Below, piece after piece: positions 51,621-62,269 of a DNA stretch of 64,000 nt; within the stretch, counting starts at the first letter, position 1, and each line of letters starts with the position of its first letter. The position numbers and the translations under genes are program-made. Source of the stretch: Eledone cirrhosa (Eukaryota); NCBI GenBank assembly GCA_964016885.1, contig OZ024745.1:111972001-112036000 (forward strand). Direction: 5' to 3'. Under the pieces are notes generated by a model. That model saw nothing but the letters and a program-made list of their open reading frames with translations. It was not told the DNA's origin and made no database searches.

Positions 51621-52028
51621 ATCATCATCATCATCATCATCATCGTTTAACGTCCGTGTTCCATGCTTGCATGGGTTTGGACGGGAGTTTTCCCACTTGA
51701 GGCAAGAGTGGTTGTCTTGCTCGCATAGGACTGTCTGGCGGGTTTTCTACAGCTGGATGCCCTTCCTAACACCAACCACATTTACAGTGTGGGGCTGGGA
51801 GGTTTTTACCGTGTTGCCTACACGGCCACATTTACAGCGTGGACTGTCTGGCAGGTTTTCTACAGCTGGATGCCCTTCCTAACACCAACCACATTTACAG
51901 TGTGGGACTGGGACGTTTTTACCGTGTTGCCTACACGGCCACATTACAGCATGGACTGTGTGTTTTTTTTTTTAGTGACACCTACACGATCTCATTTGTT
52001 TCGGCCTGTATTTTGTGGCACCAACATC
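51621..52028 (-). mobile_element. RTE 3' UTR fragment with an internal ~113-bp tandem duplication
   Basis: GGACTGTCTGGC..GGTTTTCTACAGCTGGATG occurs at 51728 and 51841. Confidence 0.85.
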
Positions 52029-52149
52029 GTTATATATATATATATATATACGTATATATATATATATATATATATACGTATATATATATATATATAAAAT
52101 AAAATAAAATAAAGCAAGGACGAGTGGTTACTCCTTCATTACGTTTATT

Positions 52150-52240
52150 GGTTTGTGACACACGTTTCGCCACCAATCAGCTCAAGGTTAGATCTGTATC
52201 GATCTAGCCCAACTCTGTAATCCGCGGCTCATCAGACCCT
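52150..52240 (-). ncRNA. Type I hammerhead ribozyme candidate with extended stem II
   Basis: Minus strand reads GGGU-CUGAUGA-GCCGC-[long hairpin, UAGAUC/GAUCUA]-GUGGC-GAAA-C-GUGU-GUC^ACAAACC, followed by AAUAAA. Confidence 0.65.
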
Positions 52241-52332
52241 TTTAGTGATAATGAAAAAATGATATTTCGTTTCTGAATTTGTTTAGCAAGATTCTTTATC
52301 TGAAATCGTGTGTTGAAACCGATATTGTTATA

Positions 52333-52833
52333 CTTTGGGAGGGTCATGTTGCCAATAAGAAACACATGCACCAGTTGCTTTCACTTCAATTTAATTTATT
52401 ATATATTTATAAATTTACAAATTTATAAATTTCTGGTTGGTTGGTTGGTTCCACAACCAGATAGTTGTTTATATATATATAGTCATAGTTCTTTCGTCAC
52501 ACACTCTGTGACCTCTTCAGTGACTGGGGATTTCTTTCTTCGTTTCTGTGCCTTTCCTTTCTTCTATCCTACGCCATTTTGTTTCAAAATGGCGTAGGAT
52601 AGAAGAAAGGAAAGGCACAGAAACGAAGAAAGAAATCCCCAGTCACTGAAGAGGTCACAGAGTGTGTGACGAAAGAACTATGACTATATATATATAAACA
52701 ACTATCTGGTTGTGGAACCAACCAACCAACCAGAAATTTATAAATTTGTAAATTTATAAATATATAATAAATTAAATTGAAGTGAAAGCAACTGGTGCGT
52801 GTGTTTCTTATTGGCAACATGACCCTCCCAAAG
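52333..52833. repeat. Near-perfect palindrome, 249-bp arms and 3-nt loop
   Basis: 52333-52581 is the reverse complement of 52585-52833; one mismatch seen. Confidence 0.95.
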
Positions 52834-52839
52834 AAAAAA

Positions 52840-52881
<42 letters not shown>

Positions 52882-53020
52882 TTTTTACAGTCCAACCTGT
52901 CAGTTGGTTGTGTTGGTGACACAGCAAAATGTGCCCAGTCCACAATGTAAAGTGGTCATTTTGGTGCCACAATAAAATGGACATTAAATTGTGATGAGGA
53001 TGAGATGTGTGTGTGTGTGT

Positions 53021-53066
<46 letters not shown>

Positions 53067-54124
53067 ATATATGTATGCTTACACATCATAGATAGAAGAC
53101 AGGAAGGTGAATTAAGTGCAAGAACTGCAGGAGCTGGTGCAGTAATGCACTAGCTTCAGCATTTGGTAATCAGAAAAAGGGAGGTAGATTAAAAGGGTTA
53201 CATCTTCTATTTCCTACTTTATGTATAACCCTTTATTCCCTTCTACACCTGACTTTAAAACATGTTCTTCTCATAAGACCACTGAAAGTATTCTCAGTAC
53301 TTTTGATTCATACAATGACTATGGGTTATGTAGTTCTTGCTAGCTGTACTTAACTTCTGTTTATACCCTTTTCTGTATAAACTACTAATAAGACCTTATC
53401 TCTCTTAAACAGATTTTTCCCCAGGGTAATATGAAGAAAATGACTGAAAATTGCCAGGAGTATATGTAATACCAACATTGAATGAGATTGAAGTCATGAT
53501 AAGTCAACATCATTAACTCACAGTTGATGTGGCACACACATCCACACACACACAGACACACATGTGCACTCACACACACACATGTATATAGGTTGAACAA
53601 TGAAAACAACGAAGGTGAGGTTTAGTGGTTAATTAGTTCATTGTTTTATGATCGTTTCACAAAGTTGAATGAGCTATGTTGATATTGCTATATTGGCTAA
53701 TCAATAGCAATTATGTAACTCCATATTATCATTCTCAATAGAATAGATCCATCTCATATATATAATTACAGTTGATCAACAAGATCCCAGACCTCATTCG
53801 CTTAACGAGTTGGGTGGAAGTCATCAAATCAGACTGAGGAAACAATGTTTCCATTGGTCTTTCCAATTGCTAATACTATCTACCAGTCACAAATCCAGGA
53901 CCAACTTGGAATAAAGTGTCATGCTCAAGGACATAATGCATCACCTGGTCTGGGAATCGAACTCACAACCTCCGGATTGCGAATCCGATTCTCTAACCAC
54001 TCAGCTACACACCTTCATGTTTATATATACATGTGTATATATATATACATGTGCATATATACACATGTATATATATACATGTGTATATATATACATGTGC
54101 ATATATACAGATGTATATATATAC

Positions 54125-54158
<34 letters not shown>

Positions 54159-54544
54159 CACATCAACTGTGAGTTAATTGTGTTGACTTATCATAAATTT
54201 ATATATGTATATATATATATATATATATGGCGATAGGCAGAGCATCCAGCTGTAGAAAGCTTGCCAAACAAAGGGTTGGGAGGACCCATCAGTTGTATCA
54301 AAGACATGACAATCCTTCCTGTGCACTCAGTAGAACATGAGACCGTATGTAGACCTCCCCGACCCCCCATCCAGGCCTGTCTGGGAGGTCAGTAGCCCTG
54401 CTTCAGTACTAACTTAGTGTGTGTAAATCCATCCAACCCTTGCTAGCAAGGAAAGCGGATATTAAACAATAATGATGATGATGGTGATGATGATGATGAT
54501 GATGATGATGATATATATATTTACACACACACATATATTTATGA

Positions 54545-54811
54545 GAAATGTAGTTGTCCCAACACCAATGACTATAATAATAGTCAATCACTATAGATAA
54601 TAGTTGAGAAAATTGGATGAAGTAATCCTGGAGATAGAAAAGGTGGATAAAAGCAGCTGCAAGGAATGAAACACTGAGCAAGTGCAATAACCATTATACT
54701 AAGAGGACACTGGCCACTGATTACTGCTTTTGGAAGATTTTAAGCACATAGCTAGAAGTTTAAATAACCAATTGACTATTATAGTCATTTGCATTGGGAC
54801 AACTACATTTC
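54545..54811. mobile_element. Small element with ~42-bp terminal inverted repeats
   Basis: GAAATGTAGTTGTCCCAA..CAATGACTATAAT..AGTCAAT versus ATTGACTATTATAGTCATTTGCATTGGGACAACTACATTTC. Confidence 0.6.
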
Positions 54812-54856
54812 AAAAATAGATACATAAAAAATGTGGTGGTGTGAAAGGGTTATTAC

Positions 54857-55076
54857 CCCTTTAGCATTCACATTACTCTATATATACTATTATATTTTCA
54901 TGGTAAAGGCTTTACCTCGCATAAATATCTCACATAATATCGAATCTATGAGATTTTGAAAGTATTTATTTTGAGAACAATACCTTAACATCAGTTTGAG
55001 CGACCAGTTACAGCCAGTTTCAACAGAAAGGGGTAGAGAATTCTGGCCGGTTTTGGCCGGTTTGAACATTAAAGGG
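54857..55076. mobile_element. piggyBac-like MITE, family A
   Basis: TTAC-CCCTTTAGCATT...CATTAAAGGG-TTAA. Confidence 0.75.
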
Positions 55077-57269
55077 TTAAATAATGTGCCAGCTACATTT
55101 AAGTGTAAAGTGTGTAAGGAGGGAACTACAGATGGAGAGGATGTTGAGCTAGGTCTTGGGAATCGTTTGTAGATGGAAGGTGTGTAAACATTTTGTTCAG
55201 TATAATTTCATATATTTTCCCCTCACTTTTGCAGAGCTGTCTTAGTCTGTTGTTATTACTTTATTAATATCTAGCAAGCCATTATCATTTTTGTCATAGA
55301 AAATGATGCCAGTCTTATTATGTGTTATCCTGTTGTATGCCTGTATACTTAAGTTCTATGATATTTTCACATTGTCATATTGTGGAAACACAGGGCCTTG
55401 TGGTAAGGGTATTGGACTTATGATCATAATATTGTGGGTTTGATTCCTGTGTTGCGTGTTGTGTTCTTGAGCAAAACACTTCATTTCACATTGCTCTAGT
55501 ATACTCAGCTGAAAATGAGTACCAGCAATAGCTGGTGGTTTAACTCTGCAATAAACTGGCATCCTGTCCAATGGGGAGTCTAGTACTCTCAGTCGCTTCA
55601 CTCCAGCAAACTGGGATAAGCACTGGCCTAACGAGCCTTCTGGCTTAAGGCAGACTTTAGACTTAGACTTAGACATATTCTAAAACAGTTGGACGCTCAT
55701 ATGAATTCCACAGACTGTTTTCATAAAGAACTTGAAATTTGGTGGCTAGGCATATATAGAGAAGCTTTGCTATGTTATTCTATCTCCAAGAGTATTTTCT
55801 TGATTTATTGTAGGACATCCTGATAAAATATGATGCATTGTTTCAGATTCTAAACCTCACTGGCAACATTTGTAGGAATTGTAGTTATTTTTTTCAATAT
55901 GTGAAGAATGACCTTTAGAAACTAAACTTTGTGAGTGAGATGACACTGGACCAAGTGAACGGGTGATATGCTATAATACAAAAGATTTGCTCACCCATAC
56001 AAGCAATGCAGCACAAAAAATAAATGTAGTAAGAGACTGGAGTCTACAGTTTTGGTGATCAAGCAGAAACAATTTAAGGTTTGAGAGGAACCTTCAGTCT
56101 GGATGAACATGTAACAACCTCCCTACTGCTGATGCTAGGATAAAATATACTCATTACATCCTATAAATTGTTAGTATTAGTGTTGCAAAAAATAAAATAA
56201 ACCCAGGATACCCTGTAAAGTGTTGGAGTCAGTGCCACGAAAAAATGCACACAGTACATTCTATAAAGCGGTAGTGGTTGTGCAACAAAAAAATACACCC
56301 AGTACACATTGTAAGAAGGTTGGCATTAGAAAGTGTATATGTCCTTAGAAACTATGCCAAATAATTAATGCATGGGCAAGACAGGTCACTCCAAGCCATC
56401 TGGTCTTAGATCGTGACATTTCATTCAACCCATGCTATCATAGAAAGCAAACTTAAATGATGATGTTGATAATGATGATGATATCTATTACATGTGTTGC
56501 AAATGCTGTTACAAATGTTGTTGCTTCTGGCTCTCTATTCAGACTGGGTTTGTTCATCCTGACCAGAGTTAATTTGTTATTATATAGGTGCTCCCAGTTC
56601 ATGGAAGCATTGGCCGTATAGAGGCATGCTATTATGATTGCTCATTACAGTTGATTTATTTGCCCTCAATATTCTTCTCCACTTCTTTCTCCTCTTCCTC
56701 CTCACCACCAACACCACTGCCACTGCCACCACTACCGCTACCACCACCACCACTGACACCACCACCACTGACACCACCACCACCAACATCATCATCATCA
56801 TTACCATCATCATCATTTAATGTCTGTGCTACTGCTATAGATTTAAACTTTAGCTGTGCTATTGAAAATTTAATCCAATTTCTTGTGAGAATTTTGTTGC
56901 TGCTCTTTGATATAATCGATTTGTTACCTTTTGTGCATTAGTAATCAACAAAGAGATTTAGCAGATCTTTTTGTGAATTGAAAAGGTAATTGGCAATATT
57001 AATAACTGTCATCATAAACTGCTCTGTGTTACTCAATAGTCACCATCTTTTCTTGGAATATGTTGGGTGTGTAGTTCATAAATTTCTCATATTTAAGTAT
57101 ATAGAATTTTAGACCTGTTGTCCTAATAATAGCACACTTGTGACATGAGTTATTAAATTATTTTACATTCTAGTAGCAGCTAATGCTAGGTTTCTTACCA
57201 CAATAGAAATACAATACTGGAAAGTATGAAGATATCTGAGAGTAGAAATATCTAAAATATTAAGAGTAA

Positions 57270-57590
57270 AGACTCTTTCGGTCATGAATAACCATGAAAT
57301 TTGCACCTAGAAAGTTTCCCTCTTAGGCACAAACCCTGACAAGGTTGTTTGTGGAAGACCAGCACTTGCTCATGCATACTGGTCTCCCCTTTTCATGCCA
57401 TTGATGTTGTCCAGGGGAAAGGCAATGACCAATACAGCTTGGCACCAGTGACATCACAACTCATTTCTACAGCTGAGTAAACTGAAACAACGTGAATTAA
57501 AGTGTCTTGCTCAAGAACACAACACACAATCTGGTTTGAGAATCGAACTCACAACCTCACGATTGTAACCACTAAGCCATTCACCTTCAC
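57270..57590 (-). mobile_element. tRNA-derived SINE, family S4
   Basis: Minus strand: TGGCTTAGTGG A-box, GAGTTCGATTCTC B-box, TGTGTTCTTGAGCAAGACACTT middle, distinct tail. Confidence 0.75.
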
Positions 57591-57637
57591 ATCTAAAATA
57601 TTACTACTCTCATATATTACTACCATTATTAATAATA

Positions 57638-58022
57638 GGGTGGTGGATTGGCAGTATCGGTAGAGGGTTGGATTATGCTTTCCAGCATAGTTACGTCCCT
57701 TAACGATCTGAGTTCAATTCCCGCCGAGGTTAACTTTGCCTTTCATCCTTACGGGGTCGATAAAATAAAGTACCAGTAATGTACTGGGATAATTGCTGGC
57801 CTTGTGCCAAAAAGTAGAAACAATTATTAATAATAGGGCGGTGGATTGGCAGTATCGGTAGAGGGTCGGACGCCATGCTTTGACGTATAGAGTTACGCCT
57901 CTTGCCATTCTGAGTTCAAATCTCGCCGAGGTTAACTTTCCCTTTCATATTTACAGGGTCGATAAAATAAAGTACCAGTAATGTACTGGGTAATTGCTGG
58001 CCTTCTGCCAAACGTAGAAACA
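57638..58022 (+). mobile_element. Head-to-tail dimer of Nin-domain SINEs
   Basis: Two ~185-bp copies separated and flanked by ATTATTAATAATA (57625, 57823, 58023). Confidence 0.88.
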
Positions 58023-58199
58023 ATTATTAATAATATAATCTTTACTATTATTGTCATATTGGGCAAGTTTCCATATAAACTTTCGCTAATTTATGTTTTG
58101 TTCAACCCTAAACATTTTAGTGTAGACACCATCTAGTTTCTTCTCAAGTGTATTTGTTAGAGTCCATGTACCTGATCCATACAACAACACTAACTCAAC

Positions 58200-58590
58200 A
58201 GATGTTCAAAGATGGTTATTATTTGCAGGACATTGCCGGAAAAGTAAGCAGGAAGTTAGACACAAATTACTATTATGGTAACCGAATCATAGGGGACACA
58301 GTAGAGAGACCTAATGAATAATCATTGATCAACTCTCAGACGATACAAACCTCATTAGGGAGCAGTTGTCAGGAGCAATGGAAAATCGTGAATTTTGGAG
58401 AGACTTTGTCAGGACTGTTTGACTGTGGTTGCAATGATGATGATGATATAATATATTGATAAAACAAAGGAAGGATTTGTAAGATCTTAAGATATAAACC
58501 TCACAAGACAGTAGTTGCCAGGAGCAATGGAAAATCATGAATAGTGGAGAGACTATGTCAGTAATATTCGACTGTAGTCGCAATGATGAT
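58200..58590 (+). mobile_element. Old RTE family 3' end with duplicated terminal segment; related copy at ~46940-47100(-)
   Basis: LLFAGHCRKSKQEV; GGAGCAATGGAAAATC..GAGAGACT..(GAT)n occurs twice. Confidence 0.65.
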
Positions 58591-58784
58591 GATTATTATT
58601 ATCATTACTGCCATCATTTCTTCTGTTTACAATATTACTAAATAATTTGTAACACTCATTCAAATGAAACCCAAGAAAAATCTATAATTGCTACGTGATT
58701 TAACAAGTATTTATGGTAGATTTGGTCTTATTTAATGACATTTAAAATATATATACTATAAAAGAGCCTCCAACATTGAGTTAA

Positions 58785-58994
58785 CCCCTTAACATTACTC
58801 TATATTTACTACTGTATTTTCCTGGTAAAAGCTTTATCCGACATAATTATCTGAGATAATATCAAATCTACGAGATTTTGATATTATTTTGAGAACAATA
58901 CTTAAATGTCAGCATAAGCAGCCGGCCATTGCCGGTTTGAACAGAAAGAGGTGAGCGAATTCTATCAGATATATCCAGTTTAAATGCTAAAGGG
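58785..58994. mobile_element. piggyBac-like MITE, family A
   Basis: TTAA at 58781-58784 and 58995-58998; TAAATGCTAAAGGG terminus. Confidence 0.8.
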
Positions 58995-60768
58995 TTAAGC
59001 AAAATTTCAGTCTGAGATTCTATTTTTGTTATAGAATTCACCTGACTTCGTAAAAGGCTTGCCACCAGGTTTTGGTACTCACGGGGCTGGGGTGGGAGTT
59101 AACAATATGTTATCATAATAGATGAGGCTAGAATCCTGTCTTTCAATTAATGAATCTTTTCAAAATGTTTGTGTGTAGCAATGTTTTGCCTCCAGTCATA
59201 AGTTGTCAACATTTTAAATTTAATATTAATCCTACTTAAGGATGCAGCTGGACGATCCAAAATGATATTTGTCTGATAATCAAAAGGTTGGGAATTCATA
59301 GTCTTGCTAGTATTGCCTTTTATCAATGTTCAAGACAATTAACCATCAAATAATATATAGTCTTTCAATACGTAAAGAAAGACTATATGTGTAGAAGCAC
59401 ATGGCCTAATGGTAAGTGTGGTGGACTTACAATCATAATGTCGTGGGTTTGATTCCTGGACTGGGTTGTGTGTTGTGTTCTTAAGCAAAAACACTTCATT
59501 TCACGTTGCCCCAGTATACTCAGCTGAAAATGAGTACCAGTAATAGCTGGGGGTTTAACTCTGTGATGGACTGGTGTCCTGTCCAGTGGAGAGTCTTGTA
59601 CTTCCAGTCACTTCAAGCCATGAAAACTGGGATAAGTATTGGTCTTATGAGTCTCCAGGCTCGAGACAGACTTTGGATAATTTTTAGACTTTCTGTATGT
59701 AAACTGACTTGGAGAGGAGATGGGCTCTGCTAGGTTTTAAAAAAGGCCCAAGAAATGATGTATGTCACTACAGCACCTCTACAACTCCTGTGGGAGTTAC
59801 AGGTCCATATATACATATGTAAATTAAAAGTATCATAGGGAGATAACATCAACTATCATATGTAGTAAAATCATTGCATTTGATGAATAGTTTGTGAGTG
59901 AGCAGTGTTGATTTGAAACTGTTAGAAATAGCAGTTAAACCTTTTCAAATCACACTTGTTCTACTATCTTAAAAAAAAGGCAAGGAATGCTACATAATGT
60001 AGTCTGAGATACGCTATGTCCAGAAAAAAGTTGGGATAACCACAGCTGTAATGTATTTAATCATAGGTCTGCTCAATCAGAAAGCAACAACAGCTTTGAG
60101 GGGGATGGGTTAATTTGTTGTTCCCATTGTTTTGAGAGGTAATACATCATCAAACCAACTGTTACATTCTTTGAGGTGACACTCTTTTTCAAACTTTCAC
60201 TATAATTACCACCTTTTATAATCTAATTGAAGAGTTGGATACCATTCTCTCAAATAGACTTTCCACCACATTACAGGAATTCAAGTCGAATGTTGTTCTC
60301 AACTGCTATATTATTCTTTACATTTGTTAGTGACAGCTACAATTTCAGCTTCAGTGAAGTCTTACTTATAATGGCATCATAAACGGTCAAATTTCATATG
60401 GAGATGATCTCACATACATGGACATACACACAAAAACTCACACTCATTTATACATACATATATACATACATACATACATATATGCATATATGCATATGAA
60501 AAGAAGGAGGCATGGAAGACATACTATGAGGGGCTGTTGAACAAGGAAAATGAATGTGACAGTGAGGGCCTATCCCATGCAGACCCTACTGAGGGACTAG
60601 CCATGAAAGTTGACACCAGTATGATAGATAAAATAATTAAGGACATGAAGGTAGATAGTGTTAATATATATAATGAAATTTGGTAAAGAATATACAGGCT
60701 GAAGATTTGGGGCCTTTCTTAGAAAAATCTGATATAGGTAGCCAAAGAAACATGTGTTTTTAAATGAT

Positions 60769-60873
60769 AACATAGTGTCATACATACCTGTACATAGTGT
60801 CATACATACCTGTACATAGTGTCATACATACCTGTACATAGTGTAATATATATCTGTACATAGTGTAATATGT

Positions 60874-60880
<7 letters not shown>
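60769..60880. repeat. 22-bp tandem repeat grading into (TA)n
   Basis: ACATAGTGTCATACATACCTGT x3 plus degenerate copies. Confidence 0.8.
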
Positions 60881-60943
<63 letters not shown>

Positions 60944-60945
<2 letters not shown>

Positions 60946-61122
60946 CGAAGGAAATGTGGTAAGGAACCAGATGGACCATAACGCACCAAAGTACTCAATA
61001 CTTAGGGTAGTAGAGTGGGTAATAGGAACGAGTAGGACCCCGACGGCTGAGCTCAAGCCGTTTCGACGGCTAATTCTGGACTAAATTTTAGTCCAGAATT
61101 AGCCGTCGGGGTCCTACTCGTT

Positions 61123-61127
<5 letters not shown>
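60944..61127 (-). mobile_element. Family H element with a complete three-way junction, embedded in (TA)n
   Basis: Flanked on both sides by long (TA)n; partial copy at ~61833-61880. Confidence 0.75.
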
Positions 61128-61188
<61 letters not shown>

Positions 61189-61423
61189 TAGATAGATAGA
61201 CAAAGAAGTGGGACAATATCACATATATATCTTCATAGTGAAGATGTGTACATGATACTGTCCCTCTTTTTCATAATACTGAGATTTTGTTTGATATCAC
61301 ATAGATAATACCCTATGGTCCCATGTTGCGGAGTGGTCTAGATCTGATTACACTACAATCGATCAATTGCTTGGATCAACCAACACTGTAATCAGTGTTG
61401 GTTGATAATATACAAACATACAT

Positions 61424-61457
<34 letters not shown>

Positions 61458-61459
<2 letters not shown>

Positions 61460-61801
61460 CATCATCATCATCATTTCATTTTACGTCCGCTTTTTACCTG
61501 CTTGCAAGGGTGGGACGGGAACTGATTCTGGCTTGATTTCTACAGCTGGATGCCCTTCCTAACACCAACCTCATTTACAGTGAGTGATGGGTGCTTTTTT
61601 GCCATGGCACCTCCACGACCACTTTGCAGTTGAATGATATGGACCTCAGTCCCTATCATCTTATTTCTACAGCTGAGTAAACTGGAGCAATGTGAAATAA
61701 AGTGTTTTGCTCAAGAAAACTACACATCACCTGGTCTGAGAATTGAACTCAACCTTTCGATTGCAAGGCCAATGCTCTAACCACTAAGCCATGTGCCTCC
61801 A
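61458..61801 (-). mobile_element. SINE family S1
   Basis: Near-identical to 30115-30458. Confidence 0.85.
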
Positions 61802-62269
61802 TCCATATATATATATATAGGAAAATGTTTAACCCCGACGGCAGAGCTCAAGCCGTTTCAACGGCTATTTCTGGACTAAATTAGAATTTTTAGCTTCGTA
61901 ATAAATAGCCAAACTTTTCAAGGGGTAATTCCTTATATGGGAAGATTGTAGTTGTCAAAAGGATTGGTCAAAATTTCTTGTAAACACAATTAAATCTTTC
62001 ATGGCAGTGGGTGGGGGTGACTGAACTTGCCTGTAGAACAATGAGGGAGTTGGTGGAGCCGCAAGCTTTGAAAGTGAATTCTATACAGCAAATTCTAAGG
62101 AGTGTGTATGAAATTAGGCTAGATAGGAAGCAGGCAAAAAAGAAATCTGAGAGTGGGACATTATAGAATTAAATGTTTAATAAATTGAGATTAAAAGAAA
62201 GAAAAAAAAAATTAAATAGTAAAAAATAATAAAAAATCTCTAGAGTCTAAAGCAGCTGCTATATTTTTA

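Noticed and set aside
52310-52943. Pair of near-identical ORFs on opposite strands
   Set aside because: A by-product of the 249-bp palindrome.
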